From Candidatus Multivoradales bacterium (GTDB lineage: Bacteria; Acidobacteriota; Thermoanaerobaculia; Multivoradales; JAHEKO01), in contig CBDFIJ010000004.1 of the NCBI GenBank assembly GCA_965248055.1, positions 384,001 to 448,000 on the forward strand: 64,000 bases of DNA, in the 5' to 3' direction. The position numbers and the translations under genes were made by a program. Shown here piece by piece: positions 31,126 through 41,084 of this stretch. Under the pieces are notes generated by a model. It saw nothing but the letters and a program-made list of their open reading frames with translations, searched no databases and was not told where the DNA came from. Position 1 is the first letter of the stretch. The number at the start of each line of letters is the position of its first letter.

Positions 31126-32520
31126 CTATTGTGCCGCCGCACAGAGTTCAAAGTCCGCTCGGTCGCCCAGGCTGAGCGATTGGCTCACTTCGCCGATTCC
31201 TTCCCGGGTCATGGCGTTACCATCGCCATCCCAACGCACGGAGACCGTGGCTTGATCTGGCAAGGCACCTCCCATCATCGAGTCGGCGGCGGTGACCGTT
31301 AGTTGCTGTGGCAGTCTTGGAAGATCGACGCGCTTGGCAGCAATCGGCGGGCCGGGCCCAGTGCGCACAATAACGAAAAGAAAGTCCGCTCGATTGTTGC
31401 CAGCACAGGTCAAGTTCAAGTTGTATCCGGTTGCCACTTCGGCTGACGTTGCGGGTTTTGACTCTGCGGGTGCAGCCTCCACAGATGGAGCTCCAGTAGC
31501 ACCTACCGACTCAGCGGGGCGATCCAGTTCGGCGATCAATCGCTCGATCTCGGGGTGGCTCCCCCCAGCGACCAGTAGCGCCATCTCCCAAGCACCCCGT
31601 GCTTCTTGCAGCCGTCCGGCCCCCTTCAAGGTTACCCCTTTTGCGACCAACGCCAACAGATGGTTGGGGAATCCCGACAGCACCCGATCAAAATGTTCGA
31701 CCGCTGCTTCGGTTTGCCCCATCGCCATGCGCACCACGCCCTGGGCATAGTGACCGTCCGGATCGTCTGGTGCCCGATTGAGAATCTCTTGGGACCAACG
31801 GAATGACTCCATGAACCGTTCCAGACCCAAGTTGGCCAAGGTCAATTCTTTGAGGGCACCCAAATCTTGCTGCTGCGTCCAGCGCGCTTCCAGCTCTTGC
31901 AACTGTTGCTCGACCTCTTGAGGGACTTCGCCAGCTGGGTGATCAAAGCCGGGTGCAGTGCCTCCTTCGCCCCGGCCTCCCTGCGACCGGCCTCCCTGTG
32001 TAGGCTGTCCCATCACCACAGAATCGCCACCGGTAATCGGCTCCCCCTCTTGTCGATCACGGCTGGAGCGCCCTGCCATCAGAGCCAAGGCCACGACTGC
32101 GGTGGAAATCGCGATCCCCCAGGCGAAGCCTGCCCAGGCAGATCGCCGCAGCGGTGCCGCTACCGGGGGCTCAGCACTCTCGGCTTGATGCGCCGATCCT
32201 TTGGAGGCTGCGAGCGAAGCATCCTTGCTTGGCCCCCCGAGAGACTGACCCCCAAGAGACTGGGCCCCGAGCGATTCCATTTCTCGCAACACGCGAGCGG
32301 CTGCTAACTCCAGGTCACCACGATCTTGATCGGTCAGATCGGAGGTGCGCAATCGGGCCAGCAGTCGATCGCGTTCGCGCTCTAGCTCGGCCATGCGGTG
32401 CTGCGCGTCGACGACCGACGCAATCTGTCCCGCGCTGACTCCCTGGCGACTGCGCCAAACCAAGAATCCACCCAGGAGCAAACCCAGCAGGACCACCAAC
32501 AGACCCCATTGCATTGGCAT
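31126..32520 (-). CDS. ccmI: CcmI/CycH-like TPR cytochrome c maturation protein
   Basis: Two TMs, TPR region, C-terminal PPIAAKR...MMG domain; last gene of the ccm operon. Confidence 0.75.
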   Translation of the reverse strand: MPMQWGLLVVLLGLLLGGFLVWRSRQGVSAGQIASVVDAQHRMAELERERDRLLARLRTSDLTDQDRGDLELAAARVLREMESLGAQSLGGQSLGGPSKDASLAASKGSAHQAESAEPPVAAPLRRSAWAGFAWGIAISTAVVALALMAGRSSRDRQEGEPITGGDSVVMGQPTQGGRSQGGRGEGGTAPGFDHPAGEVPQEVEQQLQELEARWTQQQDLGALKELTLANLGLERFMESFRWSQEILNRAPDDPDGHYAQGVVRMAMGQTEAAVEHFDRVLSGFPNHLLALVAKGVTLKGAGRLQEARGAWEMALLVAGGSHPEIERLIAELDRPAESVGATGAPSVEAAPAESKPATSAEVATGYNLNLTCAGNNRADFLFVIVRTGPGPPIAAKRVDLPRLPQQLTVTAADSMMGGALPDQATVSVRWDGDGNAMTREGIGEVSQSLSLGDRADFELCAAAQ

Positions 32521-32536
32521 TAGCCGCTCTCTCCCA

Positions 32537-33064
32537 TCACTCGACCTCGCGGCGCACTTGCTCCAAGTACTGAGAAAGATCTTCTTCTTCAGCAAGCCCG
32601 GCACCACGGCGCGCTCTGAGAGTCAGCCATGCTGCCGCCAAGACCAGCGCCACCAACGGTAGCAACCAGGCAATCAAGTTGAAGCCCACTGGCTTCGGAG
32701 CCAGGCGAATGAACTCGCCGTACGAGGCTTCAAAGTAACGTAGGATTTGATCTTCACTGTACCCCGCCGCCAGCAGCCCTCGTACCCGACCCTTCATCGC
32801 CACCGCAGCGGGGGTTGGCGAGTCAGCGACCGATAGACCCTGGCATACCGGACAACGCATCTCGGCGGATACCTCTTCGGCGCGCTGCTTGAGGCGTGCG
32901 CCTTCCATCGGCTCAGATTCAGGATGGCCTAAAAGAGTTCGTTCTGAAGCGCTGAGTGCGTTCTCAACGTCAATCGCCTCTGCAGACTGAGCAACCAGTC
33001 CTGAAACAGCGAACACTGTGCAGATGACGGCAACGCTCAGAATCAAGCTTCGACGGCCAAACAC
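32537..33064 (-). CDS. ccmH: Cytochrome c biogenesis protein CcmH
   Basis: MRCPVCQGLSVADS, YGEFIRL. Confidence 0.9.
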   Translation of the reverse strand: MFGRRSLILSVAVICTVFAVSGLVAQSAEAIDVENALSASERTLLGHPESEPMEGARLKQRAEEVSAEMRCPVCQGLSVADSPTPAAVAMKGRVRGLLAAGYSEDQILRYFEASYGEFIRLAPKPVGFNLIAWLLPLVALVLAAAWLTLRARRGAGLAEEEDLSQYLEQVRREVE

Positions 33065-33576
33065 TAGAGCAGCTCTCCCAGCAAGGCGCTCACCCGGCCC
33101 TCGTCCAGTTGGCCGGTTATTTTGCGCACCACCGTTCCGTTGGTATCGATCAAGAAGGTCTCTGGAGCACCATAGACACCGTAACGAATGGCGACCAACG
33201 ATTCGGGATCCACCAACGTGCTACCCCAAGTACCTCGCTGCGCCAAAAAGGAACGGATCGGCGCCTCTTCATCGTGGTAGATGATTCCGAGAAACTCCAC
33301 CCGGCCCTCAAATCGCTGCGCCAAACGCTGCAAGCTGTCGTGCTCGGCGATACAGGGCTGGCACCAGGTTGCCCAAAAGTTGATCAGCACCGGCTTGCCG
33401 TGCAAGGCTGGCAAACTCACCGAATCGCCATCCAAACCAAGCAACTCAAATTCTGGCGCTGGCTTGTCGAGCAGCGGCGAAATCACCCGCCGCGGATCGC
33501 GACCAAACCCCTGCGCCAAGACTGCCACCAAGGCAAGCAGCGAAACAACCCCCAAAATCAAAACCTTACGATTCAT
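33064..33576 (-). CDS. ccmG: Thiol:disulfide oxidoreductase CcmG/DsbE
   Basis: NFWATWCQPC, YGVYGAPETF. Confidence 0.9.
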   Translation of the reverse strand: MNRKVLILGVVSLLALVAVLAQGFGRDPRRVISPLLDKPAPEFELLGLDGDSVSLPALHGKPVLINFWATWCQPCIAEHDSLQRLAQRFEGRVEFLGIIYHDEEAPIRSFLAQRGTWGSTLVDPESLVAIRYGVYGAPETFLIDTNGTVVRKITGQLDEGRVSALLGELL

Positions 33577-35522
33577 GCTGGCTGTTTCCTGCGCCCCGCC
33601 GGAAGCAGAGCCAGCAGAGTACCCAGTACTAAAATAATGGAACCGATCCAAATCCAGACGACACCCGGGGTGACGATCGCCCGCAAGCCAACACTGTTGT
33701 CGCCCACGCTCATCACCGTCAGGTAGAGGTCATGGGTCAAAGTGGTGCGCACCGCCGGAGTGCCAATCGGCTCGCGCATGGTCCGGTAGTGGTTAAGTGC
33801 CGGTTCCAAGGACCCCAAGTCACGGGCGCCGCGAGAAACCGCCACCTTGGCCACCTGTGCGTCCAGATGAGCCTCCTCGCGCCAAAACAATTCAGTCGGC
33901 TGAATCTGATAGCCACCGACTTCAAGCTGTTCGCCGATCGCCACTACCCGCTCGGCCGATTGTTGACTCATCGACGAGATCGCCACCGCGGCGAAGGTAA
34001 CAATTAACCCCAAGTGGGCAACGTAGCCACCGACCCGGGCCGGGGATCGCCGGGTCGACTCGACCACCGCCGTAGCCACCCCTTCGCCTTTGCGCCTTCG
34101 CCGCATCGAGGGCAAAACCAGTTCCCGAACCGTGACCACCAGCGCTAACGCGCAGGCACCCAGTGTTGAAGCAATCGCCCAGCCGGTGCCAGCGAAAACC
34201 AGGACCACCGCAGACAACACGCCAACCGCCAAAGCCACGGTCAAGGTGCGGCGGGCGTCAGCGATCCGTCCGCCGCCCCAGGGTAACGCCGGGCCCCAGG
34301 CCATCAACAGCAACAAGGCAAAGAACATCGGCACCGCCATACGGTTGAAGTAGGGCTCTCCGACGCTCACTTTGACCCCCTGCACCGCCTCTTTGAGAAT
34401 CGGAAACAAGGTGCCCACCAAAACCGTGAAGGTCATGCCGACCAAGATCAGGTTGTTCCACAGAAAAGCGTTTTCTCGGGAATCAGCGCGGAAGCGGGAG
34501 CTGCCCGCCTCCAGTTTGTCCACCCGCATCGCCAGCAACCCAACCACACCGACACCGATGACTCCGAGAAAACCCAAAAACAGCGGGCCAATCGGACTTT
34601 GGGTAAACGAATGCACCGAATTGACCACTCCCGAGCGGGTCAAGAAAGTGCCCAAAATGGTCAACAAGAAGGTCACCATCACCAACACCACGGTCCAAGC
34701 TTTGAGTGACCCCTTGCGCCGCATCACGATCGCCGAATGAACCGCGGCAATCGCGGTCAACCACGGTAAGAAGGAAGCGTTTTCCACCGGGTCCCACGCC
34801 CAGTAGCCACCCCAACCCAAGACCTCGTAGGACCACCAGCCACCGAGCATGATGCCAGTGGTCAAAAAGGCGGTGGGCAACAGCAACCAGTAGCGCAGTT
34901 GATCGCCCCAGTCTGGGCCCATCTTGCCCGCCGCCAAGGCGGCGACGCCAATGGCAAACGGAATCGTCATACCGACGTAGCCGAGATAGAGCATCGGCGG
35001 ATGGATGATCATCAGCAGATGATTTTGCAGTAGCGGATTGGGGCCCGGCCCATCGCTCGGGACTCCACCAGCGGTGGGGACGAACGGATCCGCGGGGCCC
35101 GCCAACAAGAATGAGAAAAACAGCCCCACCAGCAACATCGCGGACAGCGCGTAGCCCATGTAAGGCTCGGCCTCGGCGCTCTTGCGGCGGGCGAAGAATG
35201 CCGCGTAGACCCCGAGAACCATCGCCCAAAAAAGGATCGACCCTTCGAGCGACGACCACAGAGAGACAATGGTGATGTGCAGCGGGGTCGCCAAGGAACC
35301 CACCTGAGCTACATAGGAAACCGAGAAGTCATGGGTGACCAGAGCGATCTCCATCACCAGCACCGCGGCAATGGTGCAAAACGAGAATGCAGCGACCGCC
35401 CAGCGGGTCTTCGACAAAACCGTCTGCGCCCCACTGCGACCGGCCCACCAACCCAGGGGGATGCCGACGGCGCAAGATAGAAGCGCCCCGAATTCGAGGC
35501 CACGGCCGATCAGCGACAGCAT
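33573..35522 (-). CDS. ccmF: Heme lyase CcmF
   Basis: WGGYWAWDPVENAS, HPP, SVHSF. Confidence 0.95.
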   Translation of the reverse strand: MLSLIGRGLEFGALLSCAVGIPLGWWAGRSGAQTVLSKTRWAVAAFSFCTIAAVLVMEIALVTHDFSVSYVAQVGSLATPLHITIVSLWSSLEGSILFWAMVLGVYAAFFARRKSAEAEPYMGYALSAMLLVGLFFSFLLAGPADPFVPTAGGVPSDGPGPNPLLQNHLLMIIHPPMLYLGYVGMTIPFAIGVAALAAGKMGPDWGDQLRYWLLLPTAFLTTGIMLGGWWSYEVLGWGGYWAWDPVENASFLPWLTAIAAVHSAIVMRRKGSLKAWTVVLVMVTFLLTILGTFLTRSGVVNSVHSFTQSPIGPLFLGFLGVIGVGVVGLLAMRVDKLEAGSSRFRADSRENAFLWNNLILVGMTFTVLVGTLFPILKEAVQGVKVSVGEPYFNRMAVPMFFALLLLMAWGPALPWGGGRIADARRTLTVALAVGVLSAVVLVFAGTGWAIASTLGACALALVVTVRELVLPSMRRRRKGEGVATAVVESTRRSPARVGGYVAHLGLIVTFAAVAISSMSQQSAERVVAIGEQLEVGGYQIQPTELFWREEAHLDAQVAKVAVSRGARDLGSLEPALNHYRTMREPIGTPAVRTTLTHDLYLTVMSVGDNSVGLRAIVTPGVVWIWIGSIILVLGTLLALLPAGRRKQPA

Positions 35523-35705
35523 CAGCCTGACCTTCTCATCAGGGTTCGAGTCAGAATGCTGCAAACGCCTGGAGATACAAGGCTTGCGACCGAGGGCGAC
35601 GCAGGCGTAGCCGTAGCTACAGCGAGGAGCACGACGGAGCGTAACGCAGTAGATTCAGATGTTGGCAGCATTCGGGATGGAGGCTGGTGAGAAAGACGAG
35701 GCTAA
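35522..35705. repeat. Long palindromic (RPE/MITE-like) element between ccmE and ccmF
   Basis: Outer arms TCAGCCTGACCTTCTCATCAG / CTGGTGAGAAAGACGAGGCTAA; inner arms GAATGCTGCAAAC / GTTGGCAGCATTC; central GTAGCCGTAGCTAC. Confidence 0.7.
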
Positions 35706-36148
35706 ATCTCGTCTTCCAGTGTGCGGGATAGTTCCTCTACCGAGGACTCCCCCATGCCCTCGGGGGCTTGGTATTGGTTATCGTGTTTGACCATCAAGCG
35801 GTCGGTTTGGAACCGACCGTCGTCACCGACCTTGCCCTCCACAACCACGCCAATGTTTTCGCGAAACATGGCAGGAGGCACGCTCTGGGTAGTCACCGGG
35901 ATCGAGGCCGCACCGTCGGTGACGCGAAAGCTCAGAGTTAGGCCGTCCTCGTGGCGGCTGACCGAACCTTCTTCCACCAAACCGCCCAGGCGAATGGTCG
36001 CCCCCTTGGCGGCATTGCCCTGAGCCTGCAGTTCGCTGGGCGACCAGTAGTAGACCAAGTTCTCACCCACGCCGCCGAGCGCCAACACCGCGACGATCCC
36101 GGCCACCAACACCAGGGCTGCGATCAAGGCCAAACGATTCCTGCTCAT
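35702..36148 (-). CDS. ccmE: Heme chaperone CcmE
   Basis: NLVYY, IRLGGLV, FRE..GVVVEG, KHDNQY (HxxxY). Confidence 0.95.
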   Translation of the reverse strand: MSRNRLALIAALVLVAGIVAVLALGGVGENLVYYWSPSELQAQGNAAKGATIRLGGLVEEGSVSRHEDGLTLSFRVTDGAASIPVTTQSVPPAMFRENIGVVVEGKVGDDGRFQTDRLMVKHDNQYQAPEGMGESSVEELSRTLEDEI

Positions 36149-36282
36149 CGTCGGTCCCCTTTGCGGCTGGAGTTCCGCAGCCTGCGCCGCAAACTGATTC
36201 CGTAGCCGAGCAGACCGACTGCGGTCACCAGGTAAGCCGCGATGACAAAGTTCCAACCACCGGCAATCACACCTTCAGGCAT
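36145..36282 (-). CDS. ccmD: Heme exporter protein CcmD (45 aa)
   Basis: MPEGVIAGGWNFVIAAYLVTAVGLLGYGISLRRRLRNSSRKGDRR; overlaps the ccmC end and ccmE start; below the ORF-track size cut-off. Confidence 0.8.
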   Translation of the reverse strand: MPEGVIAGGWNFVIAAYLVTAVGLLGYGISLRRRLRNSSRKGDRR

Positions 36283-36949
36283 CGATCAACTCTCCTTCTA
36301 GCTCAAAACTCTGGTTGTCGCGCCGCCGCTGGGCCAACAGTGCACGCGCTCCGGCGTAGAAAATGGCGATCCCGAGCATGCCAAACGCCGACAGCCTCAA
36401 AGGGATGACCATCTGGGGGTCCAAGGTATTGGGGGTTGATTGCACCTGGTGCAAGCTGCGCCACCAACGCACACAAAAGTAGACCAGCGGCACATCGGCA
36501 AAAGCAAAGATGGCCGCCACTGCGGTCCATGACGCCTGACGCTGGCGCTCGGTGACAAACGAGCGCAATGCCAAGACCCCGGCAAACAGAAAGGCCATGA
36601 TCAAGGAGGTGGTCAACCGCACGTCCCAGTCCCACCACACTCCCCAGGTGGCCTTGCCCCAGATCATTCCTTGGATCAGCAGCAGGACATTGAACAGCAG
36701 CCCCACCTCGACCCATCCGACCATCCAATCTTCGCGTTGAGGTTTTCCGCCCCACAAGAACAGGCAGGCGAAGATCATGCCGATGGTGTAACTCAGCATC
36801 GCCACCCAGGCAGTCGGCACGTGGGCATACATGATCCGCATCACGTCCCCCATGTGGCGTTCTGCCGGTGCGATGGCCAAGCCGTAATACCAGCCCACCG
36901 CCAGCAGCACCAAACCCAAACCGCCAACCACTCCAATCCATTTCTTCAT
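36275..36949 (-). CDS. ccmC: Heme exporter CcmC
   Basis: RIMYAHVP, WGKATWGVWWDWDVRLT, WWRSLHQ. Confidence 0.95.
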   Translation of the reverse strand: MKKWIGVVGGLGLVLLAVGWYYGLAIAPAERHMGDVMRIMYAHVPTAWVAMLSYTIGMIFACLFLWGGKPQREDWMVGWVEVGLLFNVLLLIQGMIWGKATWGVWWDWDVRLTTSLIMAFLFAGVLALRSFVTERQRQASWTAVAAIFAFADVPLVYFCVRWWRSLHQVQSTPNTLDPQMVIPLRLSAFGMLGIAIFYAGARALLAQRRRDNQSFELEGELIDA

Positions 36950-37639
36950 TTATCGACCATCCTCAAGAATTGCAGCAAAAAGTACCGTACCCAGGATCCA
37001 GTAGACCGCATTGAAGGCAAACAAGAAGCCGATCCAAGATCCCAGTTGGCTCATCGGATCGCCATCAATGGCCAGTCCGAAAGCCCGAGAAGATCCTAAC
37101 AATACCGGCACCACAAGAGGGAAAAGAAGCACCGGTAGCAGCACGTCGCGCGCCACTGTCCGGTTGGACATCGCCGCGTACAAAGTCCCGGGCGCCGCCA
37201 ACCCGGTGGAAGTCAGCAACCACAACAAAGCCACTGAGCCGATCGAACTCCAGGACGGCGTGAGATCAAAAAATACCGTGGCGGCGAGAAACAGCGGTGG
37301 ACCCAAAGCCACCAAGATCAGAGAGTTGGCAATCGCCTTACCCAAAAACACCGCCGCCGGCGATACCCCGAGCAGGCGCAGGCCCAAAATTCCGCGCTGC
37401 TCTTCTTCTTGTCGAAAAGACTCGTTGAGAGTCAAGACGCTGGCTGACAACAGGGAGAACGCCAGGAGGCCACCGGCCAGTTCTCGCAATAGCTTGGCGT
37501 TGGGACCAACAGCAAAGGAAAACACCACTACCACCAGCAAAGCGAAGATCAGCACCGAGACCGCCCAACCACGCCGCCGCCAGGTGACCTTGAGGTCCTT
37601 GGCCAAGATTCGTCGGCACTGAGTCAGCCAAGAACTCAT
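36950..37639 (-). CDS. ccmB: Heme exporter CcmB
   Basis: KDLK, LGK, LLPVLLFPLVVPVLL. Confidence 0.9.
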   Translation of the reverse strand: MSSWLTQCRRILAKDLKVTWRRRGWAVSVLIFALLVVVVFSFAVGPNAKLLRELAGGLLAFSLLSASVLTLNESFRQEEEQRGILGLRLLGVSPAAVFLGKAIANSLILVALGPPLFLAATVFFDLTPSWSSIGSVALLWLLTSTGLAAPGTLYAAMSNRTVARDVLLPVLLFPLVVPVLLGSSRAFGLAIDGDPMSQLGSWIGFLFAFNAVYWILGTVLFAAILEDGR

Positions 37640-38307
37640 GCGCGCACCTGGCGGGCGTGCATCTGGTTCAGATCCAAAACTTGATTCGCCAACGGTTCAA
37701 AGACTTCTCGCTGGTGGGTCGAGACCACCAAGGTCACGCGCTGCTCTCGCAAGCTCTGCCACAGACTCATGATCAGATTGCGACCATCGGCGTCGAGCGC
37801 CGACAACGGTTCGTCCCAGATCACCAACTCTGGCTCGACCATCAACGAGCGACACAGAGCCAGGCGCTTGCACATTCCGGCAGACAATCCAGCGACCGGA
37901 CGAGCAGCGGCGGCGGTAAGGCCCACCTGTTCCAAGAGTTCTGCGGTGGATCGCTGGGCGCCCACCACCGCGCGCCACAGATCCACCGTTTCGGCGACCT
38001 CTAACTGCGGATACAGGGCGTTGTCGTGAATCAGCGCGCCGATCCGCTTACGCTGCTTCTGACTTCCTTGCCTCGGATTAGCGCCAAAGACCCGAATCGA
38101 CCCGACGTCGGGGGAATCCAAACCCAAGATCAAACGCAACAAAGTCGACTTACCAGCACCGTTGCGCCCGACGACTAAGATCGACTCACCGTTGGAAACT
38201 TCGAAGGAAAGATTCTTGAGCGCCCACAGCGAACCGAAGCGACGACCTATCTGGTCAGCGGAAACGGCAAGCTCGGACTTTGCAATGGCGTGTGATGAAT
38301 GACTCAA
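37636..38307 (-). CDS. ccmA: Heme ABC exporter ATPase CcmA
   Basis: GRNGAGKSTL, LSAGMCKRLAL, DEP, STH; first gene of the ccm operon. Confidence 0.85.
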   Translation of the reverse strand: MSHSSHAIAKSELAVSADQIGRRFGSLWALKNLSFEVSNGESILVVGRNGAGKSTLLRLILGLDSPDVGSIRVFGANPRQGSQKQRKRIGALIHDNALYPQLEVAETVDLWRAVVGAQRSTAELLEQVGLTAAAARPVAGLSAGMCKRLALCRSLMVEPELVIWDEPLSALDADGRNLIMSLWQSLREQRVTLVVSTHQREVFEPLANQVLDLNQMHARQVRA

Positions 38308-38420
38308 GGAGAAATCCAGTTACCTCTCAACCCTTGTGGCGAATATCCCATATCAAAGGTCAGTGAAAATCGCGGACCGTTTCCGCTTCGAAAACGACCG
38401 AATTCGACTATGATCATAGC

Positions 38421-39842
38421 GTGACTGAGTTGACGATTGTACATCGTTGGTTGGCGAATCCACGCTTTGGTTCGCCAGCCATCAACGTCACGCTCCTGCT
38501 CGCCAGCTCTTCTGTTGTTTGGGCCATCGATCACGCACCGGTGGTGGAGTTGGTTCCTCCTGAAGCGCCTGCGATCGGCGAAGTCACAGTCCTAGCCTTG
38601 GCTTGCGACGAGTCGATTCGTGAAGTCGGTTTTTGGCTCGACGGCAGCTTTGTCAGCGCCGATCGCACCCCTCCATTTGAACTCAAGACCGATCTTGGCG
38701 AGCAGGTTGCTAATCACACCGTCCGAGCGCTAGCGATCGATCGCCAGAAAGTGGTGGTTGGAGAAGATCACATCGAGCTCAATCGGCCGTTGCCCAAATT
38801 CGTCGCTGATTTTGAGCGCGGAGAAAATCGAATCCGGGTACACGCGCAAGCCGCTCCCGCAGCGCTAGTGCCGACCGGTTATCGAGTGTTTGCTGCAGCA
38901 ACTGAATTGACCCAAGTAGAGAGCCCAATACTCGAGCTAGAGATCGCCAATACGGCACTGGGCGACACGCCCTTCCTGCGTGTCGAAGCCAGCTACAAAA
39001 ACGGCGAACGGGTCGATCGTTTCTTGATTCTCCAAGAAGGATTTTCAGAAACCATCGAAGTCAACGAGGTGCAACTGTGGATCACCGTGGCGGATCGACT
39101 GGGGCGTCCGGTAGCGGACTTGAACCCCGATGACTTTCAGCTGCACGGCGCCAACATGGAAACCCAGATCCAGCGGGCCGATCCGGAGCCAGTCACACTC
39201 GCTCTGATCCTCGACGGCTCCTACAGCATGGCTTCTCAGAGGAAGTTCTTACGACCGGCCACCGAGGCATTGGCCACGGAAGTCCTGGGCGAGGACGACC
39301 GTTTGCTGTTGTTCGATGTTGCCTATCGCCCGCGGCTGTTAAATCCCAGTGGCGATCCCAAGGCGGTACCTGCGCTGCTCGATGACATGGTCAATGGTGG
39401 CGGCTCGGCTCTCTACGATTCCATCTATTTTGCGGTGCGCCAGCTAGAAAACACCCCCGGACCCAAGGGTCTGATTTTGCTCAGCGATGGGGTTGACGAA
39501 CACAGCCACACTAAAGCCGAGACGGTCGCCGCTGTCGCCTGGTCCGCAGGGGTTCCGGTTTTCTTGGTCAACGGCGAGCACCCCCGAGCCGGGCTCGATC
39601 GAATTCGCGCGATGAATCTGCGTAAGTTTGTCGAACGAACCGGAGGCCGCGCCTTCATGGCTTCGTCCTCGGCGTCGCAACAGGCGGCGATGTCGGTGGT
39701 GGTCGATCACCTGCGACAACACCGCTATGTGGCAGCGGTCAGTGCTCCGGCGGACTGGGATCTCGATCGCCTGCGCCAGATCACGGTCGAAGTTTCAAAC
39801 CCCGAACTCGAACCGAGGGTTTATCTCGGTCGAGGCGGTTGA
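38421..39842 (+). CDS. VWA domain protein with N-terminal Ig-like domain
   Basis: LILDGSYSM MIDAS, SALYDSI, LLSDGVD; start uncertain. Confidence 0.8.
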   Translation: MTELTIVHRWLANPRFGSPAINVTLLLASSSVVWAIDHAPVVELVPPEAPAIGEVTVLALACDESIREVGFWLDGSFVSADRTPPFELKTDLGEQVANHTVRALAIDRQKVVVGEDHIELNRPLPKFVADFERGENRIRVHAQAAPAALVPTGYRVFAAATELTQVESPILELEIANTALGDTPFLRVEASYKNGERVDRFLILQEGFSETIEVNEVQLWITVADRLGRPVADLNPDDFQLHGANMETQIQRADPEPVTLALILDGSYSMASQRKFLRPATEALATEVLGEDDRLLLFDVAYRPRLLNPSGDPKAVPALLDDMVNGGGSALYDSIYFAVRQLENTPGPKGLILLSDGVDEHSHTKAETVAAVAWSAGVPVFLVNGEHPRAGLDRIRAMNLRKFVERTGGRAFMASSSASQQAAMSVVVDHLRQHRYVAAVSAPADWDLDRLRQITVEVSNPELEPRVYLGRGG

Positions 39843-39865
39843 CCCGCAATCGCCAGCGCTTATGA

Positions 39866-40414
39866 CTAGAGCTGCTGTTTCTTGGGGCCGAGAATCATCA
39901 CCATTTGGCGTGACTCCAACCGACCGCGGGTTTCAACATCCGCCACGTCAGCCAAGCTCTCAGTAACTCGATCCAGAATGTCCTCACCCAATTCCGGGCG
40001 CCTCAACTGGCGATAGAGGAAAAAGATCGTCACTTTGACTTTCTTCCCCTGCTCCAAGAATCGGCGCGCGCGCTTGGTCTTGATCTCAAAGTCATGCTTG
40101 TCGATGCTGGGCCGGTACTTAACCTGCTTGACGTCGACCGTATGGGTCTTTTTCCGGGCTTCACGAGCTTGCTTTTCTCGCTCGTACTTGAGTTTTCCCC
40201 AGTCAAGGATCTTGACTACGGGGGGATTGGCCTCGGGTCCAACCTCGACTAGGTCGAGGCCGACATCTTTGGCCATCTGAAGGGCTTGGTCCACCGGGAC
40301 CACGCCAACTTGCTCACCAGCAGCGCCGATCAGGCGCACTGGACTCTTTCGAATACGGTGGTTCATGCGCGGTCCCTGCACTGAGGGACTGCGAAAAGGG
40401 GGGCGTCTACTAAT
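39866..40414 (-). CDS. infC: Translation initiation factor IF-3 (ATT start)
   Basis: VRLIG, LDLVEV.P.ANPPV.KI.D.GK, HDFE.K; AGGAGA followed by an in-frame ATT at 40414. Confidence 0.9.
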   Translation of the reverse strand: MSRRPPFRSPSVQGPRMNHRIRKSPVRLIGAAGEQVGVVPVDQALQMAKDVGLDLVEVGPEANPPVVKILDWGKLKYEREKQAREARKKTHTVDVKQVKYRPSIDKHDFEIKTKRARRFLEQGKKVKVTIFFLYRQLRRPELGEDILDRVTESLADVADVETRGRLESRQMVMILGPKKQQL

Positions 40415-40566
40415 GGTTCATATCTCCTATGTCCATCAACGGATCACGAGTAACTGAGAGGCGCGGGTGGACAAGGTCAAACGACAACGCAGGACGCGCA
40501 GTCGATGTCATCTAGGGGAGTGCTAAGCACTTTCTTCACGCTGCAAATCATAACACAGTGAGGCTC

Positions 40567-41082
40567 TCAAACCGTGAGGTTGACCACCGGGCCAAGACGT
40601 TCCAACGGTGGATCTGGCGCCACCAAACTCGCCAACTCCGACAGCGATCGATCGCATCCCGCAACAATCAAATCTGGACACAGCTCAGACGCTGGAATCA
40701 ATGAAAACGCATTCTTTAGGAAAACAATGTCTGGAATGGCAAGCCCCGCGTTGAGGTTGTTAATCGAGACCTCACCATAGATCAGCAGGTCCAAGTCGAC
40801 CGTCCGCGGAGCGTTTACATTGGCGCAACGGGTTCTGCCCAAATCAGCTTCGATCGATCGCAGTACGTCGAACTTGAACTCGAAGGGTCCCAGGTCTGTG
40901 TTTCCCACCGCGACCCAATTGATAAACCGCGGCGCGTCAGTGCAGCCAACCGCCGCGGATCGATACGCCGCCGATAATCGAAGATCCGACAGACATTGTG
41001 ACAGCGCCTCGGCAGCCGCACGGGAGTTCTTCTCTGGCTCCAAATTGGAACCAAACAAGACCAGAACTTGAGTTGTTTCCAC
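40567..41082 (-). CDS. folK: 6-hydroxymethyl-7,8-dihydropterin pyrophosphokinase
   Basis: GSNL, F.N, IEADLGR.R, PRTVDLDLL. Confidence 0.85.
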   Translation of the reverse strand: METTQVLVLFGSNLEPEKNSRAAAEALSQCLSDLRLSAAYRSAAVGCTDAPRFINWVAVGNTDLGPFEFKFDVLRSIEADLGRTRCANVNAPRTVDLDLLIYGEVSINNLNAGLAIPDIVFLKNAFSLIPASELCPDLIVAGCDRSLSELASLVAPDPPLERLGPVVNLTV

Positions 41083-41084
41083 GA

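Noticed and set aside
40518-40531. TTAGCACTC half of a CIRCE element upstream of infC
   Set aside because: The second arm at 9-bp spacing is absent.
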